From the NCBI GenBank assembly GCA_963674705.1, contig OY771506.1, positions 3,008,001 to 3,072,000 of the forward strand: 64,000 nucleotides of DNA, written 5' to 3'. The position numbers and the translations under genes are program-made. Within the stretch, counting starts at the first letter, position 1, and the number at the start of each line of letters is the position of its first letter. Below are positions 19,583-28,842 of this stretch, in pieces. The notes below the pieces were generated by a model. The model was not told the DNA's origin, did not search any database, and worked only from the letters and a program-made list of their open reading frames with translations. The stretch is from Phycisphaeraceae bacterium. Lineage in GTDB: Bacteria; Planctomycetota; Phycisphaerae; Phycisphaerales; Phycisphaeraceae.

Positions 19583-21097
19583 ATGGCACGTTTCTACATC
19601 ATCGCGATTTGCCTGGCCATATCTTTTTCGCAGGTGATTGCTGAAGTCGAGTTAGAGATCGGCCCGGACACGACGGTGATTGATGGGCCGTTGAAGCCGG
19701 ACGGGACGATTGACTACCTGGCGTATCTGAATCAAAAACTGGTCGCGAAGGTGAGGCCGGAGGAAAACTTCGCGGTGGACGTGGTGCGTACGATGCCGGC
19801 CGAATTTTGGTGGTCGGCGGATGTCGGACGGAAGACGCGCGCGTGGCTGGGGCTGAAGGATGAGCAAGACGATGCGGTTCTGTTCCGGTCTTTTACGGAC
19901 TACATGGCCAAACTGGGTGAGAAGCGGGAAGGATCGAAGTGGTCGGATGATGAGATTGCTGCATCGGAAAACCCCTGGGCGGAATCGGAATATCCACAAG
20001 TGAAGCGCTGGCTGGACGAGCAGGCGGCGGCGATGGACCTGATCGCGGAGGCTTCGGGCAAACAGCAATATGTGATGCCTTTGATCGTGGGGGATGAGCA
20101 GCAAGCGTTTCTTTTATTGGTATCGAAACGGCACGTGGCGCAAATAGCGTTTCTGACGCGAGCGTTTGCGGCCCGTGCAGAACTTAAGATCAACAATGGA
20201 GATCTCACAGGCGCCACTTCAGACATCATGGTGATGCATCGTCTGGCAAATCTGACCTTACAACAAGAAGATGTGATGTCCTGGTTGTATGGTGCGACAA
20301 TCCACGGACGAGCCATGAAGGTATGTGATGACTTGCTGGCCAGCAATAAAGCAAAGCCTGAAGATATTCGCCAGCTGATTGATGACTACACTTCTATACC
20401 CCGTCTTAAGGATATTGCGCCGGCTATCGACAGATACGAGCGGTTTGGTGCGATTGAATACCTGTTGTTCTTGCATGAGCATAAGGAAGAACTGCCCGAG
20501 ATTTGGGAAAAGAACCATGTGTATATCAAGCACGATTCGTTTGATGTGAATTATGCTTTAAGGCAGATTAATCACTACTACGATCGGATTGTCGAAGCTC
20601 TATCCATTGAAGATACGAAACAACGTGTTGTCGCAACGAACGCGATCGAAAGAGAACTGGATAAGCTGTATGAACAAACCAATTTAATGCTTGGTGGGGA
20701 CGAACAGGCGATTGACGCAATGCGGGGGGTGATTGAGGCATCTAATCTTCATACGGCGATCGGTCTGAACCTGTTTCTGGCTGATGAGATCAGAAGTAAG
20801 TGTGAGTTGGCCGGAGCGCAATTGCGGGTGCAGATGCGATTGGACCTGCAACCAGTCGTATGTGCGATCGCGGCGTACCACGTGGAGCACGGCGAGTATC
20901 CGCCAGATCTGCAAGCGCTGACGCCCGTGTATCTCTTGGATTTACCCGTGGATTTTGCGACGGGGCAGTTGCCTGTCTATCGCGTGGAGGACGGGGTGGC
21001 GGTGGTGTATAGCTTCGGGGTTGATATGGATGATGATGGCGGGACGGATGGGGGTAATGAGGATGGGGATATTGTGGTTCGGGTGGATCGAAGGTGA
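19583..21097 (+). CDS. Secreted helical protein with GspG-C-terminal-like tail (paralog 2)
   Basis: GGAGG RBS; colinear homology with paralog 1 over its full length. Confidence 0.8.
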   Translation: MARFYIIAICLAISFSQVIAEVELEIGPDTTVIDGPLKPDGTIDYLAYLNQKLVAKVRPEENFAVDVVRTMPAEFWWSADVGRKTRAWLGLKDEQDDAVLFRSFTDYMAKLGEKREGSKWSDDEIAASENPWAESEYPQVKRWLDEQAAAMDLIAEASGKQQYVMPLIVGDEQQAFLLLVSKRHVAQIAFLTRAFAARAELKINNGDLTGATSDIMVMHRLANLTLQQEDVMSWLYGATIHGRAMKVCDDLLASNKAKPEDIRQLIDDYTSIPRLKDIAPAIDRYERFGAIEYLLFLHEHKEELPEIWEKNHVYIKHDSFDVNYALRQINHYYDRIVEALSIEDTKQRVVATNAIERELDKLYEQTNLMLGGDEQAIDAMRGVIEASNLHTAIGLNLFLADEIRSKCELAGAQLRVQMRLDLQPVVCAIAAYHVEHGEYPPDLQALTPVYLLDLPVDFATGQLPVYRVEDGVAVVYSFGVDMDDDGGTDGGNEDGDIVVRVDRR

Positions 21098-21099
21098 GG

Positions 21100-21193
21100 T
21101 TGGATGTTCAATGTTCAATCTATTATTTGTGCCAATAGCTAATAGCTTCTTTCTCCCCCAACGCCGGTTCTGAGCGCAGCGAAGGGGCGGGTA
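21100..21193 (-). repeat. Composite repeat family A, copy 6 (divergent)
   Basis: CCAATAGCTAATAGCTTCTTTCTCCCCCAACGCCGGTTCTGAGCGCAGCGAAGGGGCGGG. Confidence 0.8.
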
Positions 21194-21310
21194 GCTTTGG
21201 GGCTGGGTGAGTTTGCTTGTTAAGGTGCGCGCGACCCGGCGGGTCGCGGCTGTGGGGGGTTGTTGAATTATGCGCGAGAGGTTTCGGTTGAATTGAGCAC
21301 GTGAGGTATT

Positions 21311-21348
21311 CGGCCCTCACCCCGGCCCTCTCCCGGGGGGAGAGGGGG
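21311..21348 (-). repeat. BoxC-like palindromic repeat
   Basis: CGGCCCTCACCCCGGCCCTCTCCCGGGGGGAGAGGGGG, the reverse orientation of the copy at 1681. Confidence 0.8.
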
Positions 21349-21383
21349 AAAGGTGCGCTGACGCGGGATCGTTGGTGGGCGGA

Positions 21384-22247
21384 TTAATCGTTGTGGATTG
21401 GGTGGACGGTGGCGTGGATGAGGCCTAAGCGGGAGGGGATGTTGAACCAGCCTTCGTTGTGGTCGTAGGTGATGGTGTAGCCATCGACCTGGGGCAGGTG
21501 GACGGGGCGATAGGTGGTGTCGTAGACGGGCAGGTAGATGCGGCCGGCGGCGTCGGTGATCTGGTTGGGGTAGATGAGAACGAGGCGTTGGTCGAGTTTG
21601 GTTTTTTCTTCGATAACGCGGTCGCAGCCGATCTCGACGGTGCCGACGTTGAGATTGAGCAGGGTCTGGCCCTTGGGGTTTTTGTATTCGATGATGAGAA
21701 GCTTGGGGGCGAGGTCGATGGCTTGTTGGAAGTAGTCTTTGGCGGCGGAGGGGTCGTTGCTCTGTTGATGCCAGAGGGCGAGGAGGTAGTGGGGGTAAAA
21801 GTATTGGGGATCAGTTGATGGTTGGTTTTCGGATGATGTGCCTGCGTGCTGAAGCACGCCTCGCCGCGTTAGGATTTCGCGTGTTTCGTCCGAAGCGAAG
21901 TCATCACTGCGGGCTAAGTCGGCGCAGGTGAGGATGGCGGATTCTTCTTCTTCGGGGATGACGAATTTAGGGTCGCGGTAGCGGGGTTTGTTGTAGGTGT
22001 ACTGGGCATTGGCGGCGTTGGGTTTGACCAGCGTGGTCTCGATGACGGAGGAGGCGGTCCAGTCGGCGCGGTCGGCCCAGAACAGGTGGGTGCGGTCGAA
22101 GTGCACGCGTTTTTCGACGCTGCGCAGCGAAACCCATGTGAGGAAGAAGAGGACGACGCAACCGATCGCGGTGCCGAGCAGGATCATTTTGCCGGACACG
22201 ACGGGGTGTGCGGGGTGGCTATTGGCGGGTGTTTCGTGGCTGGTCAT
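21384..22247 (-). CDS. Hypothetical membrane-anchored protein with a TPR-like segment
   Basis: N-terminal TM; YLLALWH....AAKDYFQQAIDLAP. Confidence 0.7.
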   Translation of the reverse strand: MTSHETPANSHPAHPVVSGKMILLGTAIGCVVLFFLTWVSLRSVEKRVHFDRTHLFWADRADWTASSVIETTLVKPNAANAQYTYNKPRYRDPKFVIPEEEESAILTCADLARSDDFASDETREILTRRGVLQHAGTSSENQPSTDPQYFYPHYLLALWHQQSNDPSAAKDYFQQAIDLAPKLLIIEYKNPKGQTLLNLNVGTVEIGCDRVIEEKTKLDQRLVLIYPNQITDAAGRIYLPVYDTTYRPVHLPQVDGYTITYDHNEGWFNIPSRLGLIHATVHPIHND

Positions 22248-22886
22248 TTAGATGAGGTTATGCATCTTGAGGTGGGAAGTCATCTGTGAAGCGGGATCGT
22301 TTTGATCGGTGACTTGCATGGCGTGCCAGCCGCGTGCTTTGGCGGCTTCGATATTTTCGGGTGCATCGTCGAAGAAGAGGATCGCCTCGGGCGGTTGGCC
22401 GGTGGCTTGTTCGACGTGCTGGTAGATGCTTAGATTGGGTTTACGGTCTCGCACGAGGTGGCTGGCGAAGCGGTGGTGCAGTTTTTCGAGCGGCAGGTTA
22501 TTGGGATGATCCGGCGTGGTCATGGCCTGCCAGTGGTTGGCATTGGTGTTGGAGAGGCAGGCGGTCTGGAAGCCGGCGGTGTGTAGCGTGTCGATGAGGT
22601 CGTCGATGCCGGGGTACGCGCCGCAGAGCCAGGCGTCGGACATGGCCTTGGCTTCTTCGGGGGTCAGGCCCAAGTGCGGGGCGGATCGTTCAAAGAACTC
22701 ATCTTTACTCAGTGCGCCGACTTCTTCGAGGTGGACGAGTTTGATGACTTCGTCTTTGACATCATCCGTAAGCGATTTGGTGGGTGTGACGCCGGCGAGT
22801 TCGCATGCATGATCCCAGCCGTCGCAGAGCCGGATGAGTACGCCGCCGAGGTCGAAGATGATGAGTTGGATGGTGTTGGTGGGCAT
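22248..22886 (-). CDS. HAD-family phosphatase (YihX-like)
   Basis: IIFDLGGVL, LSNTN, RKP...IY and FFDD..ENIEAA motifs. Confidence 0.92.
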   Translation of the reverse strand: MPTNTIQLIIFDLGGVLIRLCDGWDHACELAGVTPTKSLTDDVKDEVIKLVHLEEVGALSKDEFFERSAPHLGLTPEEAKAMSDAWLCGAYPGIDDLIDTLHTAGFQTACLSNTNANHWQAMTTPDHPNNLPLEKLHHRFASHLVRDRKPNLSIYQHVEQATGQPPEAILFFDDAPENIEAAKARGWHAMQVTDQNDPASQMTSHLKMHNLI

Positions 22887-22932
22887 GGGTAATCATTTAA
22901 TAACGCGACAAGTCGCGTCGCGTCGTAGGGTG

Positions 22933-24207
22933 TTATCCGCGTGTTTGGCCGTTGCCGTAGGCGATCCATTTGTAGGTGGTCAGGTCGTCTGCGCCCATGG
23001 GGCCGCGAGCGTGGAGTTTGTCGGTGCTGATGCCGATTTCCGCGCCCAGGCCGTACTCCCCGCCGTCGGAGAAGCGGGTGGAGCAGTTGACGAAGGCGTT
23101 GGCGGTGTCGACACGCTTGACGAATTCGTCGGCGGCGTCGAGGCGTGTGGTGACGATGGCGTCCGTGTGTTGTGAGCCGTAGGTGTTGATGTGGTCGATG
23201 GCGGCATCGAGTGAATCGACGACGCGCATGGCTACGATCATGTCCAGGTATTCTTCGTACCAGTCATCTTCTGTGGCGGGCTTGGTATCGGGAAGGATTT
23301 TACATGTCGCTTCGCAGCCGCGGATTTCGGTGCCTTTGTCGATCAGCGCCTGGCCGATTGTTTTGAGCAGGCCACGGTCGGCGGCGGCTTTGTGGATGAG
23401 GATGGTCTCGGCCGCGTTGCAGACGCCGGTGCGTTGCGTCTTGGCGTTGATGCAGATATCCAGCGCCATCTTGTCGTCACAGTCGGCATCGACATAGACG
23501 TGGCAGTTGCCGGCGTAGTGCTTGATGACGGGGATGTGCGACTGTTCGACGACGGCCTTGATCAGGGAGGTGCCGCCACGCGGGATGCAGATATCGATCT
23601 TGCCGACCATCTTGAGCAGTTCGCCGACGACAGCGCGGTCGGTGGTGGGCACGAGCTGCACGGCGTTCGGGTCGATACCGACCGCTTTGAGTCCGGCCTG
23701 CACGCATTCGGCGATCGCCTTGTTGGAATGCACCGCTTCCTTGCCGCCACGCAATATCACGGCATTGCCGCTTTTCAGGCACAGTGCAGCAGCGTCAGAA
23801 GTGACGTTCGGGCGAGACTCGAAGATGATCAGCACGACGCCGATGGGCACGCGGACTTTCTGCAGGTTCAGCCCGTTGGGCAGGACGCGCCCTTCCTGGA
23901 CCTTGCCGACGGGGTCGGTCTGTTCGGCGACCTGGCGTACGGCTTCGGCCATGGAGGCGATACGCTTGTCATCGATCTTGAGTCGATCGAGCATGGCGCT
24001 GCTCAGGCCGTTCTTTTCGCCGTCGGCGAGGTCGAGGGCGTTAGCCTGCTTGAGCTTGTCGGCCGAGGCGAGCAGTTGATCGGCGATCTTGCGCAATGCT
24101 TCATCGCGGACGCGGCCCGGGACGGTACAGAGGCTACGGCCGGCCTTGACGGCCTGGTCGGCGAGGGTGTTGCTAAGCGTGGTGATGTCGGGGGTGCTTG
24201 TCGTCAT
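22933..24207 (-). CDS. proA: Gamma-glutamyl phosphate reductase
   Basis: FESRPNVT, LKSGNAVILRGGKEA, VCNAAET, STRFSDG.EYGLGAEIGIST and ARGPMG motifs. Confidence 0.97.
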   Translation of the reverse strand: MTTSTPDITTLSNTLADQAVKAGRSLCTVPGRVRDEALRKIADQLLASADKLKQANALDLADGEKNGLSSAMLDRLKIDDKRIASMAEAVRQVAEQTDPVGKVQEGRVLPNGLNLQKVRVPIGVVLIIFESRPNVTSDAAALCLKSGNAVILRGGKEAVHSNKAIAECVQAGLKAVGIDPNAVQLVPTTDRAVVGELLKMVGKIDICIPRGGTSLIKAVVEQSHIPVIKHYAGNCHVYVDADCDDKMALDICINAKTQRTGVCNAAETILIHKAAADRGLLKTIGQALIDKGTEIRGCEATCKILPDTKPATEDDWYEEYLDMIVAMRVVDSLDAAIDHINTYGSQHTDAIVTTRLDAADEFVKRVDTANAFVNCSTRFSDGGEYGLGAEIGISTDKLHARGPMGADDLTTYKWIAYGNGQTRG

Positions 24208-24247
24208 AGTGGCGACATTGTAGCACGTGGATTTGGCTTGGAAGGCG

Positions 24248-25330
24248 CTACGGCGTGGTTTCCAGCTTGGTCGCGGAGTAGGTAATCGTCGTGATATCAG
24301 CGGGTTTGGTGACGGTGTACTCAACACCCGTGGGCACGTTGATGATCAGTGTGGCGCTGTGGACCGTGTCGTCTGTGAGGTCGGACAGTTTGATATTGAT
24401 CCAGGCATTGACGAGGCTTTCGTTTTCCCGGATGCTGCGGATGGCATTGGTCGAACCGCTGAGTGTAAGCTCGATGAAACGCTGGGACTCAGGATCGATA
24501 CGGATATTGTATTTGCCGGTCAGTTCGTCGGTGATCAGCAGCTTCACCTGTACTCTCTCGAGTTGCAGCGTTTCGGTTTGCTTACGGATGATGAACTTCA
24601 CCCGAACACTATCCATGTTGAGTGAGACGAAGGGCTTGTTCTGCAACTCGGGGGGCAGGTCCAGATCAACTAGGTAGTTTAATGGGACGCCTGGAGTCAA
24701 CGTGCTTGGATCGAGCTGATCCAGATTCGCGATGAGCCTGAGTTTCTGAGTTTTCACGAGATCGGCGAGTTCGACGGGCATCTTGACGCTGATCACGCTG
24801 ATCGGTTCGTCGCCGCTTTCATTAAAGATAGTCGGCATTTCGTTAGGTTGATCAGATAGTTCCAACGAGCCTCGTTCGATCCGGATGCCCATCTGAACAT
24901 CTTCCAGTGACTGAACACGGACTTTCACAGTGTCCTTTTCGACTTCCTTCACGAAAGCGTTGAGGTGATCGAGCTGGGACAGGTTAAGTGCGTCTTTGAG
25001 ATTGATTGTCTGATCTTCTGATAGTGCTGTGCCGGGGTCGGCGACTTCGATATCGATGGTGTTCTGACGCAGCCAGTCATTGATCCTGGCCCAGTCGCCA
25101 CGTGAGGCCTGGATGGTGGCGTCGACCTTGATCTGGTTGGTAGCGTTTTCCACTTGCGTGACGTCGAGAGTGGAAACCACAAGGTCCTGAACGGGTGCGA
25201 CGAACCTGACGGTGATCTTTTTGCTCTGCGTACTGATCGTTTCGCCCTCGGCGTAGAGCCAGATCAGGCAGCTGATCACGGTCACCACCACAATCGTTTC
25301 CAGGATTTCGAGCAGTCGGCCTTGCTTCAT
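24248..25330 (-). CDS. CdaR/YbbR-like periplasmic protein
   Basis: Single N-terminal TM ending IWLYA and a beta-rich remainder; lies immediately downstream of cdaA. Confidence 0.6.
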   Translation of the reverse strand: MKQGRLLEILETIVVVTVISCLIWLYAEGETISTQSKKITVRFVAPVQDLVVSTLDVTQVENATNQIKVDATIQASRGDWARINDWLRQNTIDIEVADPGTALSEDQTINLKDALNLSQLDHLNAFVKEVEKDTVKVRVQSLEDVQMGIRIERGSLELSDQPNEMPTIFNESGDEPISVISVKMPVELADLVKTQKLRLIANLDQLDPSTLTPGVPLNYLVDLDLPPELQNKPFVSLNMDSVRVKFIIRKQTETLQLERVQVKLLITDELTGKYNIRIDPESQRFIELTLSGSTNAIRSIRENESLVNAWINIKLSDLTDDTVHSATLIINVPTGVEYTVTKPADITTITYSATKLETTP

Positions 25331-25346
25331 GGTTGGTTGGGTGTGG

Positions 25347-26225
25347 CTACTTGCCGAAGTTTCCGTTCATATCTGATTCGCCGTTAGGTTCTGCGGACGA
25401 ACCGTTGTCTTTGCTGGTCATCGAGACGGTGCCGAAGGCTTTGCTGAGCACGGGCCTCAGGTCGTCGGGGGTCAGGCCCCGCTTGAGTTCGCCACGTTCA
25501 GCGACGCTGATCGTGCCGGTCTCTTCGCTGACGATCAGGACCAGTGCGTCGGCTTCCTGGCTTAACCCGATGGCGGCGCGGTGGCGTGAGCCCAGTTCCT
25601 GCGGCAGGTTTTCACCGTCGGCCAGGGGGAACTGCACGCCGGCGGCGATGATGCGGTCGCCCCGGATGACCACGCCCATGTCGTGCAGGGCGGAGCCGGG
25701 CCAAAAGATCGTGTCCAATAGCTGCTTGGTGACCTCGGCGTCGAGGCGTGTGCCCAGCTCGACGATCCCGCGCAGGCCGACACGCCGTTCGATGGCGATC
25801 AGGGCGCCGATCTTGTTCTTGGACAGGTATTCAATCGCGGCGACCAGCTCCTCGATGACGCGGGCACGTCGCAGGCCGCTTTGGCGGAAGAAGCGTGCCT
25901 CACCCAGGCGGACCAGGGCCCGGCGTAGTTCGGGCTGGAACACGATAATCAGCGTCAGCGATATGATCGGCAGGGTCTTGGCGTAGAGCAGGTTCAAGCG
26001 TTCGAAGGCGCCTTCACGGCCGAAGAGGATGATCGTGATCACGCCGAGGACGAGGATCAGGGCCACACCCTTGATGACGCGTGCTCCGCGCGTGCCCCGC
26101 AGGAAGCGGTAGATGATCAGCACGACGATCCAGATGACCGCCAACTCAACAGCGACCTCCCAGGGGCTTTCCTCGACTTGGCCCTGGACACGTTCGAAGA
26201 GTTCGGTGAGCCGGTCAAACTGCAA
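25347..26225 (-). CDS. cdaA: Diadenylate cyclase CdaA/DacA
   Basis: Three TMs; FQPELRRAL, GALIAIER, ALHDMG and LGSRHRAAIG motifs. Confidence 0.93.
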   Translation of the reverse strand: MQFDRLTELFERVQGQVEESPWEVAVELAVIWIVVLIIYRFLRGTRGARVIKGVALILVLGVITIILFGREGAFERLNLLYAKTLPIISLTLIIVFQPELRRALVRLGEARFFRQSGLRRARVIEELVAAIEYLSKNKIGALIAIERRVGLRGIVELGTRLDAEVTKQLLDTIFWPGSALHDMGVVIRGDRIIAAGVQFPLADGENLPQELGSRHRAAIGLSQEADALVLIVSEETGTISVAERGELKRGLTPDDLRPVLSKAFGTVSMTSKDNGSSAEPNGESDMNGNFGK

Positions 26226-26457
26226 AACGGGTTCCTGTCGGGTGCGGGGGCATGGGCCCAGGCGCGGAACGACCGGTTGATCGCTCTATTGACGCGCATT
26301 GGGAAATATCGGCCGGTTCCGCCTGTGGCGGCGAAAAGTCCTGGCGCTACTGATCGGTCCTTGGTGAAGACCGATAATGCCCAGACCCGGCTAAGGCAAT
26401 CATAGCCTCCTACTGTTATACTCGCACAAAGTTTCTCTAGTTCTCGGAACCGATCTG

Positions 26458-27384
26458 ATGCAGGCGTTAGAACGATTACGCAGCAACATCCAGAAGTGTT
26501 ACCTGGGCAACCAGGCGGCGATCGATAAGCTGATCGTCTGCCTGCTGGCCGGCGGGCATATGTTGATCGAGGATGTGCCGGGCGTCGGCAAGACGATGCT
26601 TGCCTCGGCGCTGGCGCGCAGCCTGGACTGCTCGATGTCACGATTGCAGTTGACGCCGGACATGCTCCCGTCGGACGTGCTGGGCGTGACGGTGTGGGAT
26701 CAGCAGAAGAGCGAATTCGTCTTTAAGCCCGGGCCCGTATTCTCGAACATCCTGCTGGCCGACGAGGTGAATCGCACCACGCCGCGGACGCAGTCGGCCC
26801 TGCTGGAGGCGATGAACGAGGCGCAGGTCTCGATTGACGGGCAGACCCGCAAGCTGCTGCAGCCGTTCATCGTGATCGCGACGCAGAACCCCTTTGAATT
26901 TGAGGGCACATACTTCCTGCCGGAGAGCCAGCTTGACCGTTTCCTGATGCGGATCAGCCTGGGCTATCCGAGCCCGGACGATGAGTCACGCATCCTGACG
27001 CTGGACCCCTCGCGTAACGAGCTGGGCTCGCTTCGGCCGGTGTTGACCGCCAACGAGCTGGTGAAGCTGCAGGAACAGGTGCAGGATACGAAGATCGATC
27101 CGGTGCTGGTGGATTACGTCGTTCAGATCGCCGGGGCGACACGCCGGGATGAGCAATTGCAGACAGGCGTATCGACGCGCGGAGCGCTGTCCCTGATGCA
27201 CGCAGCCAAAGCGACGGCCATGCTCAATGAGCGGGATTATGTCATCCCGGAAGACATCACCAGTAACGTCGTGTCGGTGTTCTCGCACCGCGTGATCCCC
27301 AAGAGCTACACGCACGACGGCGACAATGTCACGGCCTCACGCATCATGCAGCGGATCCTCGAGACGATCCCGTCTCCTGTTTGA
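26458..27384 (+). CDS. MoxR-family AAA+ ATPase
   Basis: EDVPGVGKT, TPDMLPSD, LADEVNR.TPRTQSALLEAM, ATQNP and LPESQLDRF motifs. Confidence 0.95.
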   Translation: MQALERLRSNIQKCYLGNQAAIDKLIVCLLAGGHMLIEDVPGVGKTMLASALARSLDCSMSRLQLTPDMLPSDVLGVTVWDQQKSEFVFKPGPVFSNILLADEVNRTTPRTQSALLEAMNEAQVSIDGQTRKLLQPFIVIATQNPFEFEGTYFLPESQLDRFLMRISLGYPSPDDESRILTLDPSRNELGSLRPVLTANELVKLQEQVQDTKIDPVLVDYVVQIAGATRRDEQLQTGVSTRGALSLMHAAKATAMLNERDYVIPEDITSNVVSVFSHRVIPKSYTHDGDNVTASRIMQRILETIPSPV

Positions 27385-27506
27385 CCGTGACTTCGTTTTA
27401 ACATTTTACTGACTGCGCTGGACACGGTTCTTATTCAGCCAGAGCGTTGTTATTGAAGGAAGGCCCGGCCAGGTGTGGTCGGGTTAGATGGGGGTGAAGT
27501 GCGGAT

Positions 27507-27540
27507 AAAAAACAACCCATGGCACTGGCCATGGGTTGTC
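27507..27540 (-). terminator. Rho-independent terminator of the PEP-CTERM gene
   Basis: Stem ACAACCCATGG/CCATGGGTTGT with a T-tract on the minus strand. Confidence 0.7.
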
Positions 27541-27568
27541 GTAGTGAAGTTGAAGGCTAATTAACCGA

Positions 27569-28249
27569 TCAGACGATGTGGCGGCGACGTAGCGCCAGGC
27601 CACCGAGGCCCATGGCCAACAGGGTCGGCGTGATGGGTTCGGGGATCGGGTTTTCGGTCGGCTCGACACCCTGTGTCTGGGCAACACCGGCGGTGATGAT
27701 ACGGATCTGGTCGGTGATGCCACCTACGTAGAACGAGAAGTCAAGCCGCGTACGGTTGTTGCTGATGCGGAAGTAGTCACCATCGGACTCTTCGAGGTCC
27801 AGGCCGTGGCCGGCGGCGGTTTCATAAGCGGTTCCGGGAGCGCCGAGCAGGGCGTCGCTCAGATCGAAGTCGCCAAAGATCACGCCGAGGATTGTATCGT
27901 TGAAGGTAATGCTACCGGTCATCATGGTAGGGACGTGGTTTTCGTCGACATCGGCGTGCAGCATGAAGCTGGTCACGGTGCGGCCGGCGGCGAGGGTACG
28001 TCCAACGGCGCTGGCGGAATTATCGTAGGTTCCGGGCAGGAACGCTTCTACGTACAGATCGCTGGCCAGAGTCACGTTGCTCTGTTCGGTGAACAGTAGC
28101 GCCTTGTTGTTGTTGATTCGGTCGCCATTCTGAACGGAAGCGGGGGCATAAACCATGTTTACGTCGCCACTAGCGGACATAGCCGAGGCCTGAGTCGTAA
28201 AAGCGAACACGGTGCCGGCAACTGCAAGAGATGTGATGATCGACTTCAT
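27569..28249 (-). CDS. Secreted PEP-CTERM protein
   Basis: Signal peptide MKSIITSL...ASA; IPEP + hydrophobic stretch + RRRH. Confidence 0.88.
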   Translation of the reverse strand: MKSIITSLAVAGTVFAFTTQASAMSASGDVNMVYAPASVQNGDRINNNKALLFTEQSNVTLASDLYVEAFLPGTYDNSASAVGRTLAAGRTVTSFMLHADVDENHVPTMMTGSITFNDTILGVIFGDFDLSDALLGAPGTAYETAAGHGLDLEESDGDYFRISNNRTRLDFSFYVGGITDQIRIITAGVAQTQGVEPTENPIPEPITPTLLAMGLGGLALRRRHIV

Positions 28250-28842
28250 AATATTTATCCTTCCTTCACTGCTTGCTGGAACGTTCCAGCCAGTTCCACC
28301 TGATTTTCCAGCCACCTTACAGACATCGGAGTCTGGTGCGGCTACACGGTTGGTCTATATACAAGCCGCGTGCCGAAACCTCAGTATGTGAGTGTCGCAA
28401 AGTTCACTTTGCAGACGAATTGCTTTTAACCCCGTCTTTGATTGACTTTACACACACAGCCGAGTCAGATGAATTTGATGACCATTATACCGATAATACC
28501 ACCTGTTGTCCAAGGTGCACATACGGATGCTTTAAAAAAACAACATTTTTCTAACGCAACCCCCATATCTTGGTCCGATAAGCGGTTACGGGTGTTTCAC
28601 TTGCCCCCCAAATGGCATGAAATCGACCATTTCTGCCCCTCCCAGACCTCTGTACGAGCCGTCGAGCAGGGGGAAGACTTGGGGTTATCCCCTGTGGACC
28701 CCGTGAAAATGCCCTTTTCAGATTTAATTGTGGGAAGATTGGATGATTACTTCTCAAGACAGGCACACCGACAACGCATATGCTGTAGCTGATGGAGCTG
28801 TGTGTTTGTGTCGCATCAGGTTTACCCGCCCGGGAGTAGATT

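Noticed and set aside
17972..21097. Diversity-generating retroelement TR/VR pair
   Set aside because: No reverse transcriptase; both repeats are coding, and the differences are not adenine-specific.
1498..21193. Family A repeats as a CRISPR array
   Set aside because: Copies are dispersed, in both orientations, without regular spacers, and there are no cas genes.
24208..24327. Extended proA N-terminus from the ORF track
   Set aside because: Overlaps the upstream gene; ProA homology begins near ATG 24207.
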